NCBI GenBank assembly: GCA_903960135.1
Contig: CAJBZP010000106.1
Span: 352 to 64,351, forward strand
Length of the DNA stretch: 64,000 nucleotides
Origin: an uncultured Actinomycetes bacterium
GTDB taxonomy: Bacteria; Actinomycetota; Actinomycetes; S36-B12
Direction of reading: 5' to 3'
Positions within the stretch are counted from its first letter, which is position 1, and each line of letters starts with the position of its first letter. Made by a program: the position numbers and the translations under genes. Below are positions 63,626-64,000 of this stretch, in pieces. The notes below the pieces were generated by a model. That model was not told where the DNA came from, searched no databases, and was given only the letters and a program-made list of their open reading frames with translations.

Positions 63626-64000
63626 TTAGCCGTAAGAGCGGGACTTTGCGATCAAGCGGGAAATGCCGGCCTGCAAACTGCCCAGGATCCCGCCGGGGGC
63701 GATCAGCACCACCAGCACCACTAAGAGCCCGTAGACCAGGTTCGGGGCGTTGTCGGTGATATTGGCCGGCCAGCCACGTTCGCCGGCAATTTTGAAGACC
63801 AGCTCAGGGAGCACGACGAGCAGGATTCCGCCGATAATTGCGCCGCCTAGGGAGGCTCGGCCGCCGAGCACCACGCCTACCAGCAGCGATAGGGATAGCC
63901 CCAGGCCAAAGGCCCCGGGCCCGACATAACTGAGGATCTGGGCGAACACGGCTCCGGCGATCGCGGCAAAAAAACTGCTAATGACGAACGCGGAGATTTT
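63626..64000 (-). CDS. branched-chain amino-acid ABC transporter permease (LivM-like), 3' portion; 5' end beyond window
   Basis: The frame is open to the window edge (17 more sense codons upstream of the listed Met). Glycine-rich TM segments (LLVGVVLGGRASLGGAIIGGILLVVLPE) are typical of LivH/LivM C-termini. Confidence 0.65.
   Translation of the reverse strand, partial: KISAFVISSFFAAIAGAVFAQILSYVGPGAFGLGLSLSLLVGVVLGGRASLGGAIIGGILLVVLPELVFKIAGERGWPANITDNAPNLVYGLLVVLVVLIAPGGILGSLQAGISRLIAKSRSYG

Noticed and set aside
1-64000. Looked for CRISPR arrays, integrases or transposases, reverse transcriptases (retron/DGR), restriction-modification, toxin-antitoxin pairs and other defence-island signatures.
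   Set aside because: No repeat-spacer arrays exist; the only multi-copy repeats are contiguous tandem units without spacers. No ORF shows recombinase, RT, nuclease-NTPase or small TA-pair features. The window reads as core chromosome.

Overview
This is a densely coding, high-GC (by eye about 60-65%) chromosomal core region of an actinobacterium (Actinomycetota). I call about 65 CDS and one tRNA-like gene. Two conserved housekeeping blocks are recognisable. The first is ppa-dacB-(PMI-like)-(Zn protease)-tilS-hpt-ftsH-folE-folP-folB-folK-DUF3180 ... DUF2520-panC-nadB-nadC-coaX ... lysS. The second is cbs-msrA-metB ... greA-DUF4307-mca-SURF1. The window also holds a pst phosphate transporter with two extra binding proteins, a modABC operon with a small HTH+TOBE regulator, and a ppx cluster. 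Other contents are a sugar-type catabolic cluster and the end of a Liv-type amino-acid transporter operon. I found no CRISPR array, integrase, transposase, reverse transcriptase, or recognisable defence or toxin-antitoxin module. The observations most worth a second look are: (1) a MidA/NDUFAF7-like methyltransferase directly upstream of an orphan NuoD/NDUFS2-like gene, a possible enzyme-substrate pair; (2) a perfectly folding tRNA with a UAA (Leu) anticodon but a class-I short variable loop; (3) a visibly lower-GC SQR-TusE/DsrC-DsrE sulfur module with a CsoR/CstR-like palindrome over its ribosome-binding site and start codon; (4) a GH18-like secreted multidomain protein carrying a perfect 24-bp x4 in-frame tandem repeat; (5) perfect short tandem duplications and long hairpins in convergent intergenic regions. 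All functional calls come from reading motifs in the translated ORFs and from memory of protein families. No database search was run.
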